This document shows, one piece after another, positions 1-7,579 of a DNA stretch of 13,632 nucleotides (the stretch's first letter is position 1; each line of letters opens with the position of its first letter). The stretch covers positions 1 to 13,632 of the forward strand of contig CAVXYC010000024.1 in NCBI GenBank assembly GCA_963765765.1, read 5' to 3'. The position numbers were made by a program, and so were the translations under genes. The notes beneath the pieces were generated by a model, which searched no databases, was not told the DNA's origin, and worked only from the letters and a program-made list of their open reading frames with translations. The DNA is from an uncultured Chloroflexia bacterium (GTDB lineage: Bacteria > Chloroflexota > UBA6077 > JACCZL01).

Positions 1-92
1 GCTGGAAACAGCATCCTGAAGGCAAGTCAAATTGTCCAACCGGCCACCGGCGGCTACACCGCACAGGCCGCAGGTGGAAGCACGGCCAATGT

Positions 93-441
93 TCAGGCGG
101 ATTCCCCGAGGAGTTGACCAGGCAAACTCGAGCCGGTCACATCCTGAACATCGCAGAGGCAGAATGGTGACCCCTCCGGTGGCGAAATTCGCCAGGTCGG
201 CCACTGTCGCCTGTCCTTCCGGGCTGCTCATCGCGCCCTGGAAGGCCTCAAGATCGTCGAAATCTAACTCGGCCACGAGGTGATACGGTGACTCGCCCTC
301 CACTGCCTGGGGGGCAGCGCTGATCGTGTAGCGGCGCAACCCCGGTATCCTGCGGACCTTGGGGATGTGGGTTTCTTGGTAATAGCGGTCGAAGGCCGTC
401 GGATCCGACGGCCGACCGTAGAGGGCAAGCGCGCGCACCAT
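93..441 (-). CDS. EthD-family protein (dimeric alpha/beta-barrel), apparent frameshift near the 3' end; not in the ORF track
   Basis: GGAGGAGG SD (447-454) precedes ATG 441. Hand translation MVRALALYGRPSDPTAFDRYYQETHIPKVRRIPGLRRYTIS...ESPYHLVAELDFDDLEAFQGAMSSPEGQATVADLANFATGGVTIL matches the EthD pattern. The frame has no stop before the window edge; removing one base near 159 gives ...LCDVQDVTGSSLPGQLLGESA* ending at TGA 93-95, so the end is inferred. Confidence 0.85.
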
Positions 442-469
442 GGTCGCCTCCTCCGCACGTGTGAGAGCT

Positions 470-475
470 AGTCTA
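470..475 (-). promoter_or_regulatory. Putative -10 box (TAGACT) of the EthD-family gene
   Basis: TAGACT lies ~29 nt upstream of the ATG; no clear -35. Confidence 0.35.
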
Positions 476-579
476 CATCACGCCCCGACCGCGCCCGTCG
501 CGATTCGCGAAGGCCCTGCTATCGCTCCGAGCTGATGCAGAGCCTTCCCGGTGAATTAACCCTTCCGCATCCTGCCATG

Positions 580-745
580 TCCCGGGGCCACCGGCGGCAC
601 CGGACTGGGGCGCGGAGCAATGCCCGCGATAGACCCGGTGCTACCCGGTAGCGGCGCAGAATTTCTAGAGCACGCGGCCCCGCTCGAGTTGGTGCGTCGC
701 TGATGGCAGGGCCGCGGCATACGCCCGCACGCTCGTTCGCCGCAC
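580..745 (-). pseudogene. Degraded N-terminal relic of an integrase-core (rve-type) DDE transposase
   Basis: Perfect SD AGGAGGT (753-759) lies 7 nt before GTG 745. Reading VRRTSVRAYAAAL...ERGRVL*KFCAATG*HR, then after a shift ALLRAP, resembles the N-terminal pattern 'EKGRILDEFCxxTGYHRKxAIRLL' of this transposase family (recalled, not searched). The left boundary is approximate. Confidence 0.55.
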
Positions 746-829
746 CGATCCGACCTCCTGTTCGAGAAGAATCGTTCTGATGCACCGATCTTTCTTCGAG
801 AGGAAACGTTTTTGACGCGATTCGCGTTG

Positions 830-857
830 TTGACAGTCAGCCGACAATTGGCACACT
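830..857 (+). promoter_or_regulatory. Putative sigma70-type promoter TTGACA-N16-CACACT of the decayed SBP gene
   Basis: Perfect -35, homologous to the promoter at 10675-10703. Confidence 0.5.
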
Positions 858-977
858 GCCACGCAAGTTCGACTCCCGGTGCGAATGACGGGAGCACAAT
901 GCTGAGGAGGGCCAGGCGGTTCGTCGGCGACACCAGCCGGTCCAGTAAGCCCCGTGGATGTTCGAGAGGATCGTCGC

Positions 978-1381
978 ATGAGATCCAAGCCCTTGCCTCT
1001 TCTGGCGGTGGTCGGCGCGGTCATCCTTGTCATGGTCGCCTGTACGCCGGCGCCGACCAGTGCCCCAAAGCCGGAGACCGCGGCGGCCAAGTCAGATGCA
1101 GCCCCCGCGAAACCCAGTAGCGTCCGGCCACAGGGCAAAGACGGAGCCGGCCTCGACCGCCGCTGCTCGACGGACTCGCAGCGGGCACTGGCCGACGCAC
1201 GGGCCAGGTACTACGAGGCGGCCAGAGTCGAGGGGAAGCCGGTGATGTATGGGAACACCCTCTTTGGCAGCGCGAATCGATCCTTCTTCGACAGTTTGGG
1301 GCCCATTTTCCATTGGGGCCGGATGAGTAGACCTGGGTCTACGTGATCGACCCTGAAACGTGCGCCGCACCCGCCGCACTA
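978..1381 (+). pseudogene. Internally deleted ABC substrate-binding lipoprotein pseudogene, paralog of 10827..12036
   Basis: The signal/lipobox MRSKPLPLLAV...MVAC and TDSQRALADARARYYEAARVEGKPVMYG align with the 10827 protein. The sequence then jumps to C-lobe remnants: GPIF, PDE*TWVY, LKRAPHP-AAL (cf. GAPIKF, EDGAAWTY, IKNQPHPNAS). It has internal stops and about two thirds of the gene is missing. Confidence 0.8.
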
Positions 1382-1484
1382 CGACGTGACGAAGCTCGGA
1401 TACCATAGCAAGTCAGAGAGACCGATGACGCTCCCGCTTAAATGGCACTGGCCTCAACATTCGCCCAGCGACACGTATCCAAAT

Positions 1485-1589
1485 TGTCTATGGAGCAAGT
1501 CTTCCTTCGCAGCTGTTCTAGCGAAGAATCTTACCCATCGGTGTTTTTCTAATCCGGCGGGGAGGATTTTCGCCGTGTTCAGGATGACA
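1485..1589. repeat. Degenerate copy of the (C/T)GTCATCCTG...CAGGATGACA palindromic repeat
   Basis: The right arm AGGATTTTCGCCGTGTTCAGGATGACA (1563-1589) resembles the arms at 3957-3980 and 9640-9666. The left arm is only partly recognisable (TGTC 1485, GCGAAGAATCT 1521-1531). Confidence 0.5.
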
Positions 1590-1641
1590 CCGACACCACT
1601 GAAGATCTTCTGCGAGCCGTCGGACTCACTCTTGCGAGATC

Positions 1642-2883
1642 CTAGTCCGACAGGGGAACCGTTTCTCGCTGCGGGCCTCCTTGCTGTGCCTCCCAGTGCT
1701 TTATCTGGGCGTTGACACCGTTCTCGAATTCGGCTTTGGAGATGCCGTCGGGTAGTTTGGTGAACAGCCCCAGGCGGTGAAGGTCCGCGGCGAACTCGGA
1801 CTGTGTGTCAGTCAGTAGCATTGTCGGGCCAAATTTGCCGCCGCCTACGACCTCGCCTTTGAGCGCCTCGGGGATGTAGCTCGGAACGTCCTTGCGGACG
1901 CTGCGATGCTGGTCCAGCCTCCCGGCAACATCCTGACCTTCCTTGCTGAGGAACCAGTTCGTGAACACCAGCGCGGCGTTCGGATGCGGTGCTGCCTTGA
2001 GTATGCCGAGCGTCAGCGGGTTGCCCACCAGCGGCGTGTCCGGAAAGGCCAGGATCTTGAGCGGCGAACCCGCCTTGGAGAGCTGCGCCAGGTTGCCGGC
2101 GTTAGCGCCCAGGCCGATCACCACCTCACGGGCCGGCTGCCGCGCCCTGGTCATTCGGCCCGGGGAAGAGCAGCATGTTCTGACTGTTGTAGTACAGCCA
2201 GATGTCATCGAGGCTCCAGTTGCTGGTCACGTAGCCGTGTTGCACGAAGCGCGCGGCCAGGTCGCCGGTGATCTTGGGGTCCACGTAGGCCATCTTGCCC
2301 TTGTACTTCGCGTCCACCGCAAGCTCGTGGTAGCTCATTGGATAGTCCGCGACTGGCAGCAGGCTGGTGTTGACAATGATGTGGCCGTCGTATTGGCTGG
2401 TGGGTCGGTAAATTGGGATATCGCCGTCCGGCTCATCGCCAGCGGCTGGATTCGCCAAACAGAGGCGGGCTCTTTGAGCACCGGGAGCGGCTTGTCCTTG
2501 ATGACCTGGAAGAGGTTCTCGCCCTTGAGCTGACGCACGAACTGCGAGCCGCCGCCGAACACGTCCGCGGACAGCTGGCCGGCCTGCGTCTCAGTTTTGA
2601 GGCGCTGCGCAAGAGGCGCGCCGCTGGCCCCGCCGACGATGTCCAGCGTGATGCCGGTGGCCTTGTTGAACTCATCGGCGAATGCCGCGCTCTCGGACGC
2701 CTGTACCAGGTTCCCGTAAATCAGAACAGTGCCTTCGCGCTTGCCAGCCTCAACGATCTTCTGCCACTCAGGATCCGCGGCGGTATCCGCGGATTTGCTC
2801 GCGGGGGCGGCAACCAGCACGCAGCCGGCTAACAGAGCCGTAAGTAGAAAGGTCGTGACTTGCGAGAGAAAAGACTTGCTCAT
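1642..2883 (-). CDS. ABC transporter extracellular solute-binding lipoprotein (AfuA/thiamine/polyamine-like class), two apparent frameshifts (~2430, ~2135)
   Basis: GGAGGT SD, ATG 2883, lipobox LAGC, and motifs WQKIVEAGKREGTVLIYG, DAKYKGKM and APHPNAALVFTNWFLSKEGQ. Three consecutive ORF pieces (2335..2910, 2126..2458, 1642..2208) are colinear with the paralog at 3997..5231. Confidence 0.88.
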
Positions 2884-2906
2884 GCCGGACACCTCCTCGC
2901 GACTGC

Positions 2907-3866
2907 TCACGCGATCTCTAAGTTCAGCAGGTCCGCTAGCGTCCTCCCCAGAATTGCCTCGCGCTGCGCGGGTGTCAGATCCGCCTGCTGGAGGACGGCC
3001 AGGTTGGCTTCGTGCCCCAGGTGTGTGCTGGGCGCTGGCGGCTTCACGCTCCGCCAGGCCCAGTCCGACCCCCAGATCATCCGATCCGCGCCGATCTGCT
3101 GGGCCGCCCGGGTAATGTGCTCCGGCGGCACATTGGCGGTGGAGTAATAGATGTTGCGGTGCCGCAGCCCCAACATGAGCGCCGCCTCCACGTGCCGCAG
3201 GAAGCGTCCGCCCATGTGGGCAACGATGATCGGTACGTCCGAATACTCCAGCGCCACTTCATCCAGGTGAATCGGATCGCGATATTTGAGCGGCGCAGGG
3301 ACATACGTCCACGTGCTGCCCTCCCCGCCATCGCGAGTGAGGCGATGCGTAACCGCGTCGTAGCCGGTGTGAATGTAGACTGGGACCTTGAATCGCCGAC
3401 ACAGGTCCATGATCGGCCGAAGCTCGAGGTACAGCTCCTCGGGTGGCGCGGGGGTGAAGCGCTCCAGCGTAAGCTCTCCCACCCCCAGGAACCCCATCTC
3501 GTCGAGTCCGCGCGTGAGGTGCTCCACAGCCTTCGCGGTCATCGCCGCGTCACCCACCCGCGGCTGGTAATGCCCGTAGCCAGCGAAGCCCAGCAGACGA
3601 TCTGGATATTGCTTGACCGCCGCGGCGAGGTTGTCATTGGTGACCTGGATACCGCCGCACATCACAAGCGATTTACTGACGCCGAAGCGGTCCATCGCCT
3701 GGATCAGCTCGTTCACATACCAATCACGTGGCCCATTTCGTGAGCCTCGGCCAGGATTCGGCAACGGATCCATCGTCGGTGGGGAGAATGAATCGGCTTC
3801 GTCAGGCCGATACTGATCGATGTCCATCATCCCGATGGGGTGCGTCTGAACGTCGAGAATGAACAC
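2907..3866 (-). CDS. Amidohydrolase_2-family metallo-hydrolase (TIM barrel)
   Basis: Motifs ILDVQTH, GVGEL, VPVYIHTG, IIVAHMGG and MIWGSDW. Start placed at GTG 3866 (GGAAGAG upstream), because the ORF-track start at 3911 lies inside a palindromic repeat. Confidence 0.85.
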   Translation of the reverse strand: MFILDVQTHPIGMMDIDQYRPDEADSFSPPTMDPLPNPGRGSRNGPRDWYVNELIQAMDRFGVSKSLVMCGGIQVTNDNLAAAVKQYPDRLLGFAGYGHYQPRVGDAAMTAKAVEHLTRGLDEMGFLGVGELTLERFTPAPPEELYLELRPIMDLCRRFKVPVYIHTGYDAVTHRLTRDGGEGSTWTYVPAPLKYRDPIHLDEVALEYSDVPIIVAHMGGRFLRHVEAALMLGLRHRNIYYSTANVPPEHITRAAQQIGADRMIWGSDWAWRSVKPPAPSTHLGHEANLAVLQQADLTPAQREAILGRTLADLLNLEIA

Positions 3867-3896
3867 CGTACCCGACTCTTCCGTCGCTGGCCACTT

Positions 3897-3980
3897 CGTC
3901 ATCCTGAGCACAGTGAAGGCTCATTCCCGCCAGACCCAGAGACGCCGGTGCGAAGGCCCTTCGCTGTGTACAGGATGACA
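3897..3980. repeat. CGTC/TGTC-tagged REP-like palindromic element
   Basis: Left arm CGTCATCCTGAGCACAGTGAAGG; reverse complement of the right arm TGTCATCCTGTACACAGCGAAGG. It sits between co-oriented genes. Confidence 0.8.
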
Positions 3981-3996
3981 AGTCATAACGGCCCAC

Positions 3997-5231
3997 TCAC
4001 TCCTGGAGTGTGACCACGTCCTTCTGCGGGCCGCCGTTCTTGGCTTCCCAATCCTGGATGAAGCGGTTCACGGAGCTCTCGAACTCCTCGGGCTCTGGCC
4101 ATCGGGGAGCTTCTGGAATAAGCGGCCGCGTGGATGCTACTGCCCAGTTCAGATTGCGGCGGCGAGAGCGCTGAGATGCCGCCCTTCTTGCCGCCGCCAA
4201 TCACATCGCGTCGCAGCGGCTCAGGGATGTAGCTCTGCACGTCGCGCCGCAAACCGCGCGTCTGCTGGAGTCGGCTCACTGTGTCCTGACCATCTTTCGA
4301 GAGGTACCAGTTGATGAACACCAGAGCGGCATTGGGATGCTGGCCGCCCTTCAGAACTCCCATCGTGTTTGGATCACCATACAGCGGGGTATCGGGAAAC
4401 GACATCACCTTGATCGGGGCGCCGGCCTTAACGAGCTGCGCCAGCGTGCCCGTATTGGGCGGGATGCCGATCGCCGCCTCGCCGCGCGCCGCGACGGCGC
4501 CCGGATCGCTCGGGCCAGGGAAGAGAAGCATTGACTGGTTGTTGTAGAGCGACCAGAAATCGTGCAGCTGCCAGATGTTGCCGACGTACCCATAAACCAC
4601 GTAGCGCGCCGCGACCTCGCGGTATCTTGGGGTCGACGTACGCGATCTTGCCCTTGTACTTCGGATCGATGGACAGCTCGTGGTAGCTCTTGGGGTGATC
4701 GGCATCCGGCAGCAGATTCGTGTTGACCACGATGTCGCCCTCGTACTGGCCGCTGGTGCGAAAGATCTGTATGTCGCCGTCCGCGCTCATGGCTAGTGGA
4801 TGGAGTCGCCAGACCGTGGCCGGCTCCTTGAAAATCGGCAGCGGCTGGTCCTTGATCGGCGTGAAAAACCCCTCGCGCTTGACCTGGTGAACGAAGATCG
4901 ACCCACCGCTGAAGATGTCCGCCGTGGGCTCGCCAGCCTCGACCTCGGTGCGAATGCGCTGGGCCAGGGGCGCGCCGCTGGCCGCCTCGACGACGTCGAT
5001 GGTGACGCCGGTGGCTTTCTCAAACTCCTCGGCGATGTCGGTCCCGCCGGCGCCCTGGAGAACGCTGCCGTACACCAGCACGGAGCCTTCACGCTTCGCC
5101 GCTTCGACGACTTGTTGCCAGGCGCCATCCTCGCTGGATGCGCTCGAAGCGGGATTTGCAGACGACGATGATTGGGCCGGAGCACAGGCGGGCCACACCA
5201 GCGTGGCCATCATCGCGACTAGCCACCACAT
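3997..5231 (-). CDS. ABC transporter extracellular solute-binding lipoprotein, close paralog of 1642..2883, apparent frameshifts (~4620, ~4090-4125)
   Basis: Signal peptide MWWLVAMMATLVWPAC, and motifs WQQVVEAAKREGSVLVYG, IDPKYKGKIAYVDPKI, HPNAALVFINWYLSKDGQ and C-terminal WEAKNGGPQKDVVTLQE*. The real start may be the ACG at 5240 (see findings). Confidence 0.88.
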
Positions 5232-5322
5232 TCGCTTCGTAGCGTCGTCCTCCCGTGCGTGGCACGCCAAACGTTGAGCCAATAGCCAGCGGGGTGCTCT
5301 TCCGAACGACTGACTGCCCGAC

Positions 5323-5351
5323 AGTCTAGCGCCAGGCGCGGACTCGTTAAA
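5323..5351 (-). promoter_or_regulatory. Putative promoter TTTAAC-N17-TAGACT of the SBP-amidohydrolase-SBP operon
   Basis: Correct 17-nt spacing, in the divergent intergenic region ~85 nt upstream of the SBP start. Confidence 0.35.
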
Positions 5352-5525
5352 CATTCCCGGCATACAAAATTTTGGGCTTGGAAAATGCCAGATTACGCAG
5401 ACTGACGCGGATGTGTCGTGGTGAACGCGGACAGTGCCGAGACGAATCCTTATTTTCTATCTGTATGAATCGGTGAATAAATCTGCGGATCGGTCATCTT
5501 GCGGCTTCCGCTGAGCTGGAGCGCA

Positions 5526-6361
5526 ATGGCAACCGGCTCGTGTCCAGAAGGGCCTCACATGTTTGTCACCCGCGATGGCGCTCGATTGTATTGTCGCGTG
5601 GAAGGCCACGGTGGACCGGCCCTCGTGTTCGTTCACGGTGGCGGCGTGGACCATTCCACCTGGGATGAGCACATGGAGCACTTCGCTCGGCGACACCGCG
5701 TCGTAGCGATGGACCTGCGCGGCCACGGCCAGTCGGATCCGGCCGAGGCGTACACTCAGGAGCTGCGCGATGGCCTCGCTGCGATCATTGACCACTCGAA
5801 CTGGCGCCAGCCGTCATCATCGGAGCGTCGCGCGGCGGCGGCATTGCCAATAAGGTGGCGGTGGATTGCCCGGGGCGCGTGAAGGCCATGGTCTTTGTGG
5901 ACTACGGAGCGGCCCAAGGTAGGTCACCTGAGAGCTCCTCTTGGAAGTCCACGCCTCAGGATTCTGTCCAGCAGTTCGCCACGCTGGCGGTGGACTGGCG
6001 CGAAGCCGGCGCGCGACGGTTGGTGGACTCATGGTTTCCTGAGCCAGACGTTCCCGAGTCGCTCAAGGCGCGCCTGGCTGGTCTGTGTATCAAGACGGAC
6101 CCCGCTGTTGTGAGCGATATGCGCGTGCGTGAGGCCGAGGTGCCTGATCGGGAGGAGTACCTGGAGCGGATCAGCGTGCCTACGCTGATTCTCCAGAGCG
6201 GGAGCGGCCAGCACCAGGGTCGCGAGCAGGGCAAGTTCATCCACGAGCGCGTAAAAGGCTCACAGCTCTTCTACTTCGAAGGCCGCGGCCATGGGTTCTT
6301 CATGAGCGCGCCCGAGGAGTTCTGGAGACGGGTGGAGGATTTCCTGGCGACGCTGAACTAG
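5526..6361 (+). CDS. Alpha/beta-fold hydrolase, one apparent frameshift (~5795)
   Basis: LVFVHGGG and VVAMDLRGHGQSD. Restoring one C gives HLELAPAVIIG-A-S-R-GGGIA (GxSxG nucleophile elbow). C-terminal GRGHGFF supplies the catalytic His. The start could be ATG 5526 or 5559. Confidence 0.87.
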
Positions 6362-6393
6362 GCGCACGTGGCTCCGCCGCTTAATACGAGCTC

Positions 6394-6483
6394 GGCAGCC
6401 GTGGAGCGGGCGTCCCTACCCGCCGGTACGGACTCACTCCACATACGATCACTGGCGGGCAGGGCGCCCGCTCCACGGCTGCC
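6394..6483. repeat. Long inverted repeat (REP doublet, REPIN-like) between convergent genes; possible bidirectional terminator
   Basis: Left arm GGCAGCCGTGGAGCGGGCGTCCCTACCCGCCGGT (6394-6427); reverse complement of 6451-6483 is GGCAGCCGTGGAGCGGGCG-CCCTGCCCGCCAGT. Each arm holds its own GCGGG...CCCGC palindrome next to a GTGG tag. Confidence 0.8.
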
Positions 6484-6487
6484 TGTG

Positions 6488-7345
6488 TTAGGGGATCGAC
6501 CGCTCTAGCGCTGGCGTCAGCGCCGCCATCTCCTCCAGCACGTCCACGCGCTGCTCCACCAGGATGCGCGCGTTGCGCCGGGTCTCGCGAGCGTACTCGG
6601 GATCGATGTCGCAGACCAGGATGCCCTCCTGGTCGTCCAGCATCGTGACGATCTTCCCCTCGCGGATCGGCCAGCAAGCTCTGGCCGCCCGGGCCAGCGC
6701 GCCGGGCAGGTGCGCGGCGCACGCTGCCAGTACCCAGATGGAGTTGAGCCGTGCCATACCCGCGGCCTGCTGCGGCCAAGTCTCCGCCGCGCCTCCGAAG
6801 CCTGTCCCCCACGTATGGCTGGGATGCACCAGCACGTCCGCGCCCTTGAGCGCCGGGATGCGCGCGGTCTCCAGGAATTGCCGCTCGAAGCAGATGTTCA
6901 CGCCGAATCGGGCGTCGTCAGCGTCCCAGACCGGGCTGGGCAGGTTACCCGGCGAGAAGAGGTACTGCTCGTTGGCCCGACGATTGGGCAGGAACCGCTT
7001 GCGGTAGTGAGCGACCACGTTGCTCGATGGATCGAGCATCAGCACCGCGTTGTAATACGCGCCGCCGCCCACGACGTCGTGCTCGAACAGCGGCACGCAC
7101 AGCCAGACTCCGAGATCGCGGTTCGTCTCGGACATTCGCGAGATCGTTGGCCCATCCACTGTTTCAGCGACATTAAGAGTCTCGGGCTCCAGGTGCTCCG
7201 TGACGGAGCCGCAGGCAAAAAACTCCGAGAATGCCAGCAGCCGAGCGCCCTGATCGGCAGCCTGGCGCGCAAGGTCGATCGCTCGGCTGACGTTGTAGTC
7301 AACATCGCCGAATCGCGAGGCAGTCTGGATGGCGGCGACTTTCAT
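6488..7345 (-). CDS. Carbon-nitrogen hydrolase (nitrilase superfamily)
   Basis: MKVAAIQ start with AAGGGAG SD. E-K-C triad in FSEF, HYRK and NICFE; YLFSPGN motif. A compensating frameshift pair near 6660-6700 hides the expected GGQSLLADPRG segment in another frame. Confidence 0.9.
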   Translation of the reverse strand: MKVAAIQTASRFGDVDYNVSRAIDLARQAADQGARLLAFSEFFACGSVTEHLEPETLNVAETVDGPTISRMSETNRDLGVWLCVPLFEHDVVGGGAYYNAVLMLDPSSNVVAHYRKRFLPNRRANEQYLFSPGNLPSPVWDADDARFGVNICFERQFLETARIPALKGADVLVHPSHTWGTGFGGAAETWPQQAAGMARLNSIWVLAACAAHLPGALARAARACWPIREGKIVTMLDDQEGILVCDIDPEYARETRRNARILVEQRVDVLEEMAALTPALERSIP

Positions 7346-7373
7346 GGGAGCTCCCTTTCGCGTAGAGCTTGGA

Positions 7374-7538
7374 CTAGAGAATCCGCACCCGCAGCGTCTG
7401 CGTGCTATCACGCTGCAGGGCCCGCGACTCAGCCGTCCCGATGGCCGCGTGAATGTATCCAAAGCCGCGGCCGGTGGCCCGCACCAGCACGGCCGGATTG
7501 GTACTCTGCCCGCGCGAGCGCTCGCGGGTCTTGCTCAT
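7374..7538 (-). CDS. Small hypothetical protein (54 aa) or gene remnant
   Basis: GAGGT SD 7 nt before ATG 7538; about 44 of 53 codons end in G/C; it fills the gap between the two co-oriented nitrilase genes. Confidence 0.4.
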   Translation of the reverse strand: MSKTRERSRGQSTNPAVLVRATGRGFGYIHAAIGTAESRALQRDSTQTLRVRIL

Positions 7539-7579
7539 GCTAGCTACCTCGCGTTGGATTACCCCGCAACGGGAGGCGG

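Noticed and set aside
1327-1342. Perfect palindrome GTAGACC-TG-GGTCTAC as an operator
   Set aside because: It lies within SBP pseudogene remnant sequence (TWVY), not near a promoter, and I saw only one copy.
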